Below are positions 30,101 through 39,750 of a DNA stretch of 64,000 bases, one piece after another. The position numbers and the translations under genes are program-made. Each line of letters starts with the position of its first letter. The first letter of the stretch is position 1. Below the pieces are notes generated by a model. That model was not told the origin of the DNA, did no database searches, and worked only from the letters and a program-made list of their open reading frames with translations. The DNA lies in the NCBI GenBank assembly GCA_965205865.1, contig CBDBHR010000029.1:768001-832000 (forward strand), in the 5' to 3' direction. Origin of the DNA: a bacterium. Lineage in GTDB: Bacteria; SAR324; NAC60-12.

Positions 30101-31108
30101 TCATGGCGAGAGACGATAGACCCGAATTGCCGTATCTCGAAACAAAGCCGTTCGCTCAGCGGGTGAAAAATCCCGGGTCATCTTCTTAAAAGAATTCCAA
30201 AGTACGAGATAAGAACAAGACACCTTGTCCACCGGAAAGTTGCTTTCGAACATGCAGCGATTGGGGCCAAACTGTTCAATGGTGAACCTGTAGTAAGGCG
30301 ACGTTGCGGCAACCAACTCATCGGAGGTCGGTGGCTTGTCACCTTTGTGGAAGCCAAACCCGTTAATCGCCATTACCAATCCACCCAGTTTGACCACGAC
30401 GTTGGGACAGGTGGCCAGTTCCCGAATCCCCTCCTTCCAGTATTGAAAAACTTCCTCCCGCTTCCCGGCATAGGGGCCGATGCCCAGAGGACCTGCAAAA
30501 TGATCGCAAATGATGGTGGTTTCCGGAAAGGCTCGCGCCAGGCTGACCAATTCCGGAATTTGAGGATGAAAGAGCCAGGCATCAAACGTCAAATCATATT
30601 GCCGCAAGGCGGCAAATCCTTCCCTGAATCTTGAATTCAGATATAACTCACGAGGCGGATTCGAATGGGAAACGCGGATGGCAGGACTTTCATCCCAACT
30701 ACAGGAATTCCGGATTCCACGGAAACGGTTCGGACTGGCAGCCAGGTGAGCCTCCAGCACGGACGCCACTTGCGACCCGAGCATGAGATCCGCAAAGCTG
30801 ACGATGCCGGCGGCGACGATGGTAGGCCCATATTGTCCACTGGCGCTTTGAGCGGCGATGCCTTGCGCGAATTCTGTTTCTCCCACCGGTTTCATTTCCT
30901 GCGGTCCGTCCTTGCGGTACATGGATGAGCACTCCAGAAAGACGGTTTCCCGGACATCGTGACCGCTGCCGGTATCCTCGAGCAACTCATCGAGTAAATA
31001 ACGACTTTTCGGATGGTCCCACAAATGATGATGAGGGTCGCAAACAGGCAATTCCGGCTCAATGGCTGTTTCATTTGTCCGCTCGAGCCAACTTGAATTC
31101 ACTGGCAT
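30101..31108 (-). CDS. Amidohydrolase_2 family protein
   Basis: DPHHHLWD, RFRGIR, FDAWLFHPQ, MFESNFPVDK. Confidence 0.9.
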   Translation of the reverse strand: MPVNSSWLERTNETAIEPELPVCDPHHHLWDHPKSRYLLDELLEDTGSGHDVRETVFLECSSMYRKDGPQEMKPVGETEFAQGIAAQSASGQYGPTIVAAGIVSFADLMLGSQVASVLEAHLAASPNRFRGIRNSCSWDESPAIRVSHSNPPRELYLNSRFREGFAALRQYDLTFDAWLFHPQIPELVSLARAFPETTIICDHFAGPLGIGPYAGKREEVFQYWKEGIRELATCPNVVVKLGGLVMAINGFGFHKGDKPPTSDELVAATSPYYRFTIEQFGPNRCMFESNFPVDKVSCSYLVLWNSFKKMTRDFSPAERTALFRDTAIRVYRLSP

Positions 31109-31367
31109 CTTTTCTCCTCATGAAAATATTGAAAATTGAAGAACTCGAACTATTACATCGTCCCGTTTTTCGAAAACAGGTCACTGCCTCATCTTGAATA
31201 AAGATAGTAAAATGGATTACGCGAGCAAGCAGGATAGTTCAAGTTTTTTTCAGGTAACTGCCGGATCGAGAACCGGCGGATTTCAGAGATGTCTGTACCG
31301 GCAATAGGCACCGTTTTTGCATTTTTCCAGCAAACCCATTTCATTCATCAATTCAAGCGGAGGAATC

Positions 31368-32042
31368 ATGATCAGCACTTTGGAAATTGCAAGACGGTTG
31401 GGCATCACGTCTGTCGCCGTCAATAATCGTATTAAAAAACTGGAAATCGAGAAAAACAGGCGTGGGGTTTTTGCTTATGTCACCGAGGATGATTTCGAAC
31501 GTATGGCAAAGCTTCCTTTGGAACCAAGCGAGCATACCACCTCGATTTCGACAAACTCCAACTCATTCACTAAATTTCCTCCGGTGGATCCCCTGATTTC
31601 AGAAAACCGCGCACTGCGCCAGCAATTGAATGATTTACAACAAGAGATTCAACAAAAGGACCTGCAGCAACAGGAACAGCTCCGAATGCGGCAAATAGAT
31701 GTCGAACAAGAACGATCCACTGCCCACCATCAACTTCAGGAAAAGGTAAAATTGCTGCAAGAAGCAAGACGTGAGCGCACCGAATTGAGGGTCTTGTTGT
31801 TTCGTGAACAAGAGCTGGCCAGCCACACGCACAAAGAACTGGAACAAGCCCAGACACAAATCAAACAGTTGCAGCAGTTACCAATGGTGGAGTTGCAAAA
31901 ATGGATCAAATTGCTGGAGGCCTCCCACAATACCTTTGCCAACAATCTGAAATTGTTGAGCATCGCCCCGTCACCCCCGCTGATTGTTCATGAAGGCGGC
32001 AAAAAAGAACTGCAATCCTTTTACAAACAGTTTGCAAAATAA
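31368..32042 (+). CDS. HTH plus coiled-coil protein
   Basis: STLEIARRLGITSVAVNNRIKKL HTH; long Q/E-rich coiled coil; GGAGG RBS. Confidence 0.7.
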   Translation: MISTLEIARRLGITSVAVNNRIKKLEIEKNRRGVFAYVTEDDFERMAKLPLEPSEHTTSISTNSNSFTKFPPVDPLISENRALRQQLNDLQQEIQQKDLQQQEQLRMRQIDVEQERSTAHHQLQEKVKLLQEARRERTELRVLLFREQELASHTHKELEQAQTQIKQLQQLPMVELQKWIKLLEASHNTFANNLKLLSIAPSPPLIVHEGGKKELQSFYKQFAK

Positions 32043-32107
32043 ATTGTAGTCCCTTGCTGAATAGTGAGGCTTGGAGAATTTTCCTTATTCGTTTGTTGGC
32101 GCACTTC

Positions 32108-32671
32108 ATGATAACCGTTGTAAATCCTCAATCCGTAGGTCTTTCTTCAAAAAGACTGGGACGTGTTACGCGTTGGCTTGAAAATCTGATCAACTCCGAA
32201 CGCCTGGCAGGAGCCAGTGTCTTGATCAACCGTCGGGGGAGGGTGGCCTGTTTTGAGAGCTCGGGGATGACTTCGAGTATAGCCGACTATGCTCGCTTTT
32301 GTCAGATGCTGATGAACGACGGCGAACTGCAAGGAGAGCGATTACTGGCACGAAAAACCGTGCATTATATGCGGCAAAATCATTTGCCCGACAATCGGGA
32401 TATGGCAGCCATGGGGCAACCTTTATGGAGTGAAACAACCTATGAAGGGATTGGCTTTGGTCTCGGTTTCGCAGTCGTGCTGGACCCTGTCAAAGCGCAA
32501 ATGATTACTTCCGTAGGAGAACACCATTGGGGTGGGGCAGCCAGCACTTTTTTCTGGCTGGATCCACAAGAGGATTTGTTTGTCGTTTTCTTTTCTCAAC
32601 TGATGCCATCTTCGACCTACCCTATTCGACGAGAGCTTCGCACAAGGGTCTATCAGGCACTGCTTGATTGA
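32108..32671 (+). pseudogene. Beta-lactamase-family serine hydrolase with a large in-frame internal deletion
   Basis: Family N-terminus (PQSVGLSSKRL) joined directly to the C-terminal part (DYARFCQML, FGLGF, WGGAAST.FWLDP); no SxxK motif. Confidence 0.75.
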
Positions 32672-32729
32672 GCAATACCACCCTATGAGGAAAGGGAGAA
32701 ATACCCCTTCCTATCCTGAATTGCTGCTG

Positions 32730-33992
32730 TCACTTTCTTGCACTGACATCAAACTCGTAAAGTTCTTTCTTCGAGTTCCGCTTTCGAATGCGTGTGATGC
32801 GTGCTTCCCTAAACCCTGCCTCTGTGAGCATGTCGGCAAATAGTCGCTCGACCGGAATGACCGTGTCATAGAACCGTGAATTACCAATGATGTAGTGAAC
32901 GGTTCCGTCCATGGTTATGACGTTTGCTATGTCTCTAATGTGGCACCACATGTCTTCGAAGTACTTCGCGAGGTAATTGGACATCAGAACTCCGCTCTTC
33001 CTATCGGCCTCTCGAATCTTGGATAAGATCGCGTCGAAGTAGACCGGATAAAATCCGGACGATGATCGTTGCCACTCCGCAAGCCTGCTCGTCGCGATGC
33101 CCCAGGTACCACCGATCGCTGACCAATCCATATCACCAGCATCTCGTCCGTTCTTCAGATAACCGAGCCAGTACATGTACGGTCTCAATTCTCGAATGTA
33201 GGACATCCTGTTAGGATAGGGCGGCGACGTTATGAGCAAATCGTACTTACCGGAAACTACGCTTGATACGGAACGGGAGTCACCGGAAATTATGCTGGCG
33301 ATACAGCTGGGATTGTCGGCAGCAGAAGTGAGAACCTCCTGTCCCTCTGCACTTGCGATATACGCAAGGTCTGGCTCCAGGTCAAATAATGCCAGCTGGC
33401 GTTCCTTCGAAGCGTCTGCCTTCACATTGTCGTTGAAGGACATTGACTGATGGTTGAATGCAGCGTTAGATAAACCAATTACTATACGACAGAAAACGAC
33501 GAGCAGCAGGTCTCGAGTTGGGTAGTCATGCGGATTGGTATCATCAAAGGCTGCCTTGAACTTGCACAGGAAGTCCAATTCCTCCGGGTGCCACCACCTA
33601 TGGACATTGCGCATCGGAGGTGGGACTACAGACTTGCTGTTTTTACGGCTCGCTAGGGATATCAGGTTGGCGAGCGCACCACTAGCACCACGAATGCAAG
33701 CAGGAGAATAGGTGGCGAGTTTAACGTTTCCGAACCATGCAAGGAAAGGGTTGATCTCTACGCCGGTGGCTCTATCACCGGCGTAGGCGGCGCAAAGAAG
33801 CGTTGTAGCGGTTCCGGAAAATGGATCGAGAACTCGAATCCCCTGATCCGAAGCGGTCAAGATTTCGGAGACAAGCTTCACTGAATACGCCGGCGTGAGA
33901 CGAAGCCAACCGTGCCTCCCATAATGGCGATTGATCTTGAAGGTCAGGTCGGCATTTTGCCGATCCTCTTTGTAAGAGTATGTCTTACTCAT
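32730..33992 (-). CDS. DNA amino-methyltransferase (probably N4-cytosine, alpha order)
   Basis: Motif I LDPFSGTATT precedes motif IV TSPPY; start overlaps the upstream stop (ATGA). Confidence 0.85.
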   Translation of the reverse strand: MSKTYSYKEDRQNADLTFKINRHYGRHGWLRLTPAYSVKLVSEILTASDQGIRVLDPFSGTATTLLCAAYAGDRATGVEINPFLAWFGNVKLATYSPACIRGASGALANLISLASRKNSKSVVPPPMRNVHRWWHPEELDFLCKFKAAFDDTNPHDYPTRDLLLVVFCRIVIGLSNAAFNHQSMSFNDNVKADASKERQLALFDLEPDLAYIASAEGQEVLTSAADNPSCIASIISGDSRSVSSVVSGKYDLLITSPPYPNRMSYIRELRPYMYWLGYLKNGRDAGDMDWSAIGGTWGIATSRLAEWQRSSSGFYPVYFDAILSKIREADRKSGVLMSNYLAKYFEDMWCHIRDIANVITMDGTVHYIIGNSRFYDTVIPVERLFADMLTEAGFREARITRIRKRNSKKELYEFDVSARK

Positions 33993-34801
33993 GATGGCGT
34001 CAGGAGCGATGTGAGCACGGCCTCGATTTCCCCCTTTAGAGCAGGACTATTGCGCTGGAAAAAACCGGCAAGATCATAACCAACCACATCTTCACAAAAG
34101 CGGTAGAACGATTCGTTGGAGGATGCATTGCCTGTCAATCCCGTGAGGAGCACCCACCTCTCGTTGCGGTAACGTTGGGCAATATCTCCATCTATTTGAA
34201 GTGAGAAGATACCCGCGCAAGGAAGGAGCCCCTTTGCGTAGGCCATTGCCGCATTGGCAATGTCCGCATTTTGTCGCTTGGAGTCCTTACTCTTATACCC
34301 CTGTCGGATCTCGAAGACGATACCATGGAGAGTCTTGGCGACGGTGGAATCAACATCAATCCGGCTTGCGGCGTTGCGCATCCAGGATCGAACACGACGT
34401 CTTCGTGCGGTATCCGCGATACTTGAAATGGGGATACGCGCATCAAGATGGAATTTTCTCGCTTTTCCACCGCTCGCGCTTGGAAGCGTGTAGGACCAAT
34501 TCACTTCTTCATCGTTCAGACCAAGTTGATCTTGCAGGATACGCCGGAAGAGAAACTCGCAGCCTATACCGATTTGCCGGTAGATACTGGTCATTCCCCC
34601 GGCTGCCTTGTGAGCCGCGTACATTAGAGGATTGTCGAGACCAAGCCAATTGTAGAAGGGATCGGCCCTGTATATACGCTGGAACTCGTTTAGTTCGTAT
34701 CCGGCCTTTGAACCATGGCCGAGTTGCGGTTTGTACTTGGCGCAGACCTGGATATAGCTCGTGAGAATGTCAAAATATTCTTTGTCGGTCGATTCGCACA
34801 C
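33989..34801 (-). CDS. Putative type II restriction endonuclease
   Basis: Coupled to the MTase gene; LD...FEIRQGYKSKD resembles a PD-(D/E)xK-type core. Confidence 0.65.
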   Translation of the reverse strand: MCESTDKEYFDILTSYIQVCAKYKPQLGHGSKAGYELNEFQRIYRADPFYNWLGLDNPLMYAAHKAAGGMTSIYRQIGIGCEFLFRRILQDQLGLNDEEVNWSYTLPSASGGKARKFHLDARIPISSIADTARRRRVRSWMRNAASRIDVDSTVAKTLHGIVFEIRQGYKSKDSKRQNADIANAAMAYAKGLLPCAGIFSLQIDGDIAQRYRNERWVLLTGLTGNASSNESFYRFCEDVVGYDLAGFFQRNSPALKGEIEAVLTSLLTPS

Positions 34802-35098
34802 TCAATGCCTCGTTTTGTCATTCTTGTGCAGCTAACAACAACCCTGATTACTATAAATGAAATAATTGATAGTCCTTATCCTTAAGGTAAGCTCGAATTC
34901 CTCTCTATATCAATCCTGTCAAGGTCCGCATCAATCGGTTCGAAACTCAGGCTCTTGCCAGGTTCAACGTACTTCCTCCCAGATTTTTAAGGTTTGGATG
35001 AGAAAGTATTTTAGGGAAGTTGTATTTATTTTGCAACATGTCTATGGTTCACTATGGCCGTCGGCTGCCCTCACTCCGGCTTTTTTGGAGGATTGTCT

Positions 35099-36121
35099 TT
35101 ATATCCTGCCAATGGGTCTCGACAAACCGGATACTGGTGTTCCCAGCTCTTGGGTGCGCGCATGGTTCACCGCCTGGTTGATGAACGGGTTCGGCTCCGC
35201 CATGTGTTCGAAACTCTCTTGATCCAGGATGAGGTCGGGACGTAGCGTGTTGAGCAGAACAAACAGGTCATGGCTGCCGAGTTGGATAGGGGTTGCGGTC
35301 AGAAAGACCGCGGCTTCCGCATGGTCGCAGAAAAACCGCACCGCCTTGTGCGCGTAGGTATCCTGGTTGCGGATATGATGGGCTTCATCCACGATGACGA
35401 GATCGAAGTGTGGAGGCGGGTCTAAATCCAATAGGCCATTTACGCGCTTTCGCCCGTCCGTGTTTTCTGAACCATGAAGGTGCACCTTGTCGAATAACGA
35501 GTAAGGAAGAATCACTCGCTGATACTGTTCAGGCCAAGTGCCATCCAGGTCCATCTCGTTGATGCAGTATCCCAGGTTTTTTCCATCCAAATGGGTGAAA
35601 CGCTCGTCGAATCGTTTCATCTCGTTGTCCCATTTACGCTCGGTTACCAGGGGGCGAGGACAAATGATGAGGATGGATTTTATGTCCCGCCTGGCCTGTA
35701 ATTCCCGGAGAATTAATCCAGCCTCGATGGTTTTGCCGACGCCGACGCTATCGGCGATCAACAGTCTCGGACGGTCTGAGCGAATGAATTTCAGTACGGG
35801 TCGGAACTGGTAAGGGATGAAGTCGACACGAGCGGCGTTGAGCGAATACAAGGTCGATAGACTGGGATGCCGTATTTGCAGGGCGGTCAGGTAGGCATGA
35901 AATTTATCACGCGACAGATGCTGAAAGTCGTCAGGCAACTCTTCGATCTGCAACTGAGAGGCGTAATACGTCTGAACGTTTCCATCCACAAAAACCCTGA
36001 CACGGGATTCTTGTGATCCCGTCAACAGTCCAACAACCGCTCCCTTCAGGGTAGGATTGGACTTCACGAACACGAGTTGACCAAGTAAAAAATCGGTGTA
36101 AGGCTCCTCAGCTTCCAACAT
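35099..36121 (-). pseudogene. SNF2/RapA-like helicase, N-terminal half only
   Basis: FIPYQ, LIADSVGVGKTIEAG, DEAHH, LTATP; ends before the helicase-C domain. Confidence 0.8.
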
Positions 36122-36434
36122 GTGTTCACTTTTTGGGACAGGGTCATTCAAGGGCAGGTGCAAAATAAAACCGGAGCGTACCACTAAATATGTTATGCTC
36201 CGCGAATGGATCTTATACCACAGTAGTACGAGTAAATCAAGGGTCTGCTGCCTGCCTCCAAATTTTTTTTACGTATGCAAATTATGTCTAAAGTTACGAT
36301 TCGCCACGACAATGTCCAAATGCTGGCCTGCACTGCAGAGTACAGACGGTAAGATAATGATGCCTTAACGCAAAGGTGGATGAGACCTGCACAAGCCAGC
36401 ATATAGTATATCTGTCTGCCATTAAACGAAATTT

Positions 36435-36647
36435 TCAATACCTACTCAAATAGCTTTTTGGGGGGGAATGGTAGAAAGACCTGTTTTTATAGTCAATAAA
36501 AGGGAGGGAAAATTTTTGCTTGACTGCGATCCCTTTTTTAACTTTTTCAAGATAGAGTTCTTGTAACCTGATAAGGTTGGGTCTTTCTGATTTTATTTTT
36601 TGTGTTCTCTCTTTGACAACTTCTTCTATTTTTTGAGAAATCTCCAT
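36435..36647 (-). CDS. Small basic hypothetical protein
   Basis: 70 aa; GGAGG RBS directly after the protease stop; same AT-rich composition. Confidence 0.6.
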   Translation of the reverse strand: MEISQKIEEVVKERTQKIKSERPNLIRLQELYLEKVKKGIAVKQKFSLPFIDYKNRSFYHSPPKSYLSRY

Positions 36648-36656
36648 AATTCCTCC

Positions 36657-37517
36657 CTAGAAACTGTGAATAAATACTCTGTAATTTTCACGCGCTATAT
36701 ATTCCACAAGAAAATCATTGCAACTTTTTATTTTAGATCGTAGTTCTTCATTATAGGAATAATCATCAATTTTTAACCGTAATTGATTTAACGTATTAAT
36801 TCCGATCATACGATTATGAGAATGCCATGATTTATTGTCCCCTAAAGCAATAGCGATTTCCTCTGCTCTTGCTTCTTTTTCTTTTAGCGTAACTGCTTTC
36901 CCATTTGATTCATGAATCTCCCAATCATTAAATTTATAATTAACAAGCCATTTCTTAAGGAGAGTTACTGTTAAATTTCTTGCTTGTTCATATCTGCTCA
37001 ACATTGCCAGATCCAGATTTTGAAGAATGAAAAACTCAGCATCTGTTAATTGATTCTTTTGGGATTTTTCTAACATATTTTCTACTTTATCAAGATAACC
37101 CAAAGCAGGGACAAAATCATTTTCTTTACTGTTAAAAACTTGTGGGTCGATTGGACCTAAAGAAGATGAATAATCCATGAAGATTTTGTTTCCTGACATG
37201 CAAAATATTGTCCCCGCTGACATAGCATAATCAGGAACTACAAAATATACTTCTGAATAATGAAAACGGATTATATCGACCAGCTTTTCAACGATTTCAA
37301 CAATACCACCTCCCGTATTGAGGAAAATAGCAATTCTTTTCTGCTTAGTATTTTCGAACTTCAATCGTTCAACAGAATCTTTAAAAATAGTTTCCACTCC
37401 CTGCTGAATCGGTCCATAAAAAAAAATTACATGAGCTTCTAAAATTTGTTCAAGATCTTTTGTCTTATTTTGGAGAATATTTTCTATTTGTTCATCATAA
37501 ACTTGCATACGTTCCAC
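36657..37517 (-). CDS. SDH-family ClpP/crotonase-fold serine protease
   Basis: LNTGGG, AMSAGT (Ser), SSLGPIDPQ (Asp), WHSH (His); AT-rich. Confidence 0.85.
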   Translation of the reverse strand: MERMQVYDEQIENILQNKTKDLEQILEAHVIFFYGPIQQGVETIFKDSVERLKFENTKQKRIAIFLNTGGGIVEIVEKLVDIIRFHYSEVYFVVPDYAMSAGTIFCMSGNKIFMDYSSSLGPIDPQVFNSKENDFVPALGYLDKVENMLEKSQKNQLTDAEFFILQNLDLAMLSRYEQARNLTVTLLKKWLVNYKFNDWEIHESNGKAVTLKEKEARAEEIAIALGDNKSWHSHNRMIGINTLNQLRLKIDDYSYNEELRSKIKSCNDFLVEYIARENYRVFIHSF

Positions 37518-37558
37518 TTTAAAATGCTTGATTCAAATAAAATACATTGGAGAAAGAA

Positions 37559-37804
37559 TTAACGGAAGGGCGCTGAATACTGCAATCCTCCTTTAGTCCA
37601 AAGCGCATTGAGGCCGCGTTCCAGGCCAATCATGGTATTGGTTCCGAGATCATGCTCGAAGATTTCTCCACAATTGCCAACAGATTTGATGATATTATAC
37701 GCCTGGTCCGCACTCAATCCAAGTTGCTGGCCCTGACTGCCTTCCGTGCCAAGCAAGCGTTTGATTTTCGGGACATTTCCCTCTTGGTTTGGGTGTTGTC
37801 GCAA
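37559..37804 (-). pseudogene. 3' remnant of an AapJ/BztA amino-acid-binding protein gene
   Basis: IKRLLG, IIKSVGN.GEIFE, LERGLNALWTKGGLQYSAPFR C-terminal signature; the rest is absent. Confidence 0.8.
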
Positions 37805-38005
37805 TGACCCGGCGTCCTTAAAGGGCGCTAAATGCGCACCATCAAAGAGGAGAAAGAATTATATACCTTCATACGGAATGTTTGTCTGAATCTTTTGCTG
37901 AAAATTGTCTCAAATGTCCAAAGTCCGGGTCTTATCAACACAAAAAATTGGAAGTCGAATGATTTTCACAAAAAAACATACCGGGCATGGAAGATCGAGT
38001 TGGGG

Positions 38006-39085
38006 TCACACGCCAATCACCTCCAGACTGGGAATGGAAGACTGGATGGGAATGGTGTCGATGTTTTTGGCTTCCAGTTTGGCGAGATCGTAGCGGATTT
38101 TCGAGAGGGGCAATTCCAGGTTGTCGGTTTCCACCTGAATGCCGTATTCCGTAAACGTACTTCCCCGGTTGACCGTCGGTTCGTCTCCATAGAGATTGTT
38201 TTGATCCAGATAAAATTCCACCTGCTTCGTTTTTTGATTGGCAACGTTGAAAAGCAGCAGGACTTTTTTTTCCGCATTGATGGCGCCATAGAGATTCAAG
38301 AGAAACATGCGTAGCAAATCCAACTTTTGAGCATCCGTCTTCACTTGTGGATTGATCCAGACCCCGGCTTCCGATTCCATGACCGTGTCGATGATTTTGA
38401 GACCATAGTTTCGAATCGCGCTGCCGGTCTGGGTGATTTCCAAACCAATATCCGCCCCCTTGTTTTTCAGCTTGGCTTCCGTCTTACCCCAGGTTTCATA
38501 AATCACGATTCCCCTTTTAATCTTAGGCGGCGTTTTGTATTTTTGTACGGAAAATGCGGAAAACGAGTCCAGGAGCTCGAGTTGCTTCAACTCATCCTGC
38601 AACCAGTTGATTGCCAGATATGGCAATTCGGAAACAACCGTGATCCGTTCCTGGCAGGTCGTCACCATCTCGAGGAATTCTTTGATGGAGGTTGCCGGAT
38701 GGGAATCATCGACAATGCCTACCAGTTTCACTTTCCCTCTTTTGAGTGGCAGAACTTTTTCCAGATGGACAGCCGTGTCGTATTCCAACTTCAATTCGAG
38801 CAGGCGTTCTTTGATCCAGTCGTCTCCGCCAATCGCAACGTCGAGTTCGCCGATCGCCAGTTGGGCTCCGAAATCCTGAGGACGGCCATCCCAGCCGTAG
38901 AGGAAAGGGGTCGTGGTGAATTTACTGGGCCCCCCCGTCTCGTAGCCGGAGGTCCGGAATCCGGAATCTTTCAAAAATTGATCGAGATTGCCCCCGCGCT
39001 TGGGATCTGCCAAAGACCCTGCCGGTAATCCTATTCTTAAAGTCTGCTTGGGCATGCGATGATTTTCAGTGGATTGATGATTCAA
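38006..39085 (-). CDS. hisG: ATP phosphoribosyltransferase, divergent long form (start may be 39055)
   Basis: LRIGLPAGSL, RPQD, LDVAIGGDDW, WGKTEAK, EITQTGSAIRNYGLK; adjacent to hisI. Confidence 0.85.
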   Translation of the reverse strand: MNHQSTENHRMPKQTLRIGLPAGSLADPKRGGNLDQFLKDSGFRTSGYETGGPSKFTTTPFLYGWDGRPQDFGAQLAIGELDVAIGGDDWIKERLLELKLEYDTAVHLEKVLPLKRGKVKLVGIVDDSHPATSIKEFLEMVTTCQERITVVSELPYLAINWLQDELKQLELLDSFSAFSVQKYKTPPKIKRGIVIYETWGKTEAKLKNKGADIGLEITQTGSAIRNYGLKIIDTVMESEAGVWINPQVKTDAQKLDLLRMFLLNLYGAINAEKKVLLLFNVANQKTKQVEFYLDQNNLYGDEPTVNRGSTFTEYGIQVETDNLELPLSKIRYDLAKLEAKNIDTIPIQSSIPSLEVIGV

Positions 39086-39522
39086 GTGTTCCCGGTCTTT
39101 GGTTTGGTGTCAGTCTGCCTGTCTCTTCCGGCTCCGCTGACCTCCAGAGATCGATCGTCCCGTATTTTCCGGTAATAGCAGGATTCGTAAGGCATGCCAT
39201 CCACTTTTTTAGCATGACAGGCCCCTTTGCCTTGCGGGGTGACGAGATAGAGCAGAGAATTTTGTTCGCAATTGACGCGCAGTTCCCGAATTTTCAGCGT
39301 GTCTCCGGATGTCATTCCCTTCTTCCACAGTTCCTGACGACTGCGGCTGTAATATGTCGCATAGCGGCTTTTGCAGGTTTCCTCGAACGCTTCTCGATTG
39401 GTAAATGCCACAATCAGCACTTCTCTGGTGTCATAATCCTGAGTGACAACGGGAAGCAAGGCATTGCCATCCTCTCCAAAATCCAACATCAATTCACTGG
39501 CGTATTCTTTGCTCATGGTCAT
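39082..39522 (-). CDS. hisI: Phosphoribosyl-AMP cyclohydrolase
   Basis: LLPVVTQD, YYSRSRQELWKKG.TSG, ACH, SCYYR. Confidence 0.9.
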   Translation of the reverse strand: MTMSKEYASELMLDFGEDGNALLPVVTQDYDTREVLIVAFTNREAFEETCKSRYATYYSRSRQELWKKGMTSGDTLKIRELRVNCEQNSLLYLVTPQGKGACHAKKVDGMPYESCYYRKIRDDRSLEVSGAGRDRQTDTKPKTGNT

Positions 39523-39750
39523 TTTTTGTGATTGTCGAACTTTTTTGTGATCAGAGCCTGAGGCCGGGGGATGGATTGAATACTAAATGAAAATAACAAT
39601 CTTGCAAGACGGGAGTCCGCAGACGGTTTTTTCGCCGGTCGTAATCTCTCATGAGTTGGTGGTACCCCAGCCCTGGGAGTGGCTTCCGCAATCGTCCACT
39701 GGCCCATCAACGAACAAACCCCGCATCGTCCACTGCCTGCCTGATTTCCT

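Noticed and set aside
34820..34845. Integron-cassette core site (GTTAGCT on minus) upstream of the R-M pair, and GCATAAC near 36195
   Set aside because: No complete attC palindrome or integron integrase; such short motifs occur by chance
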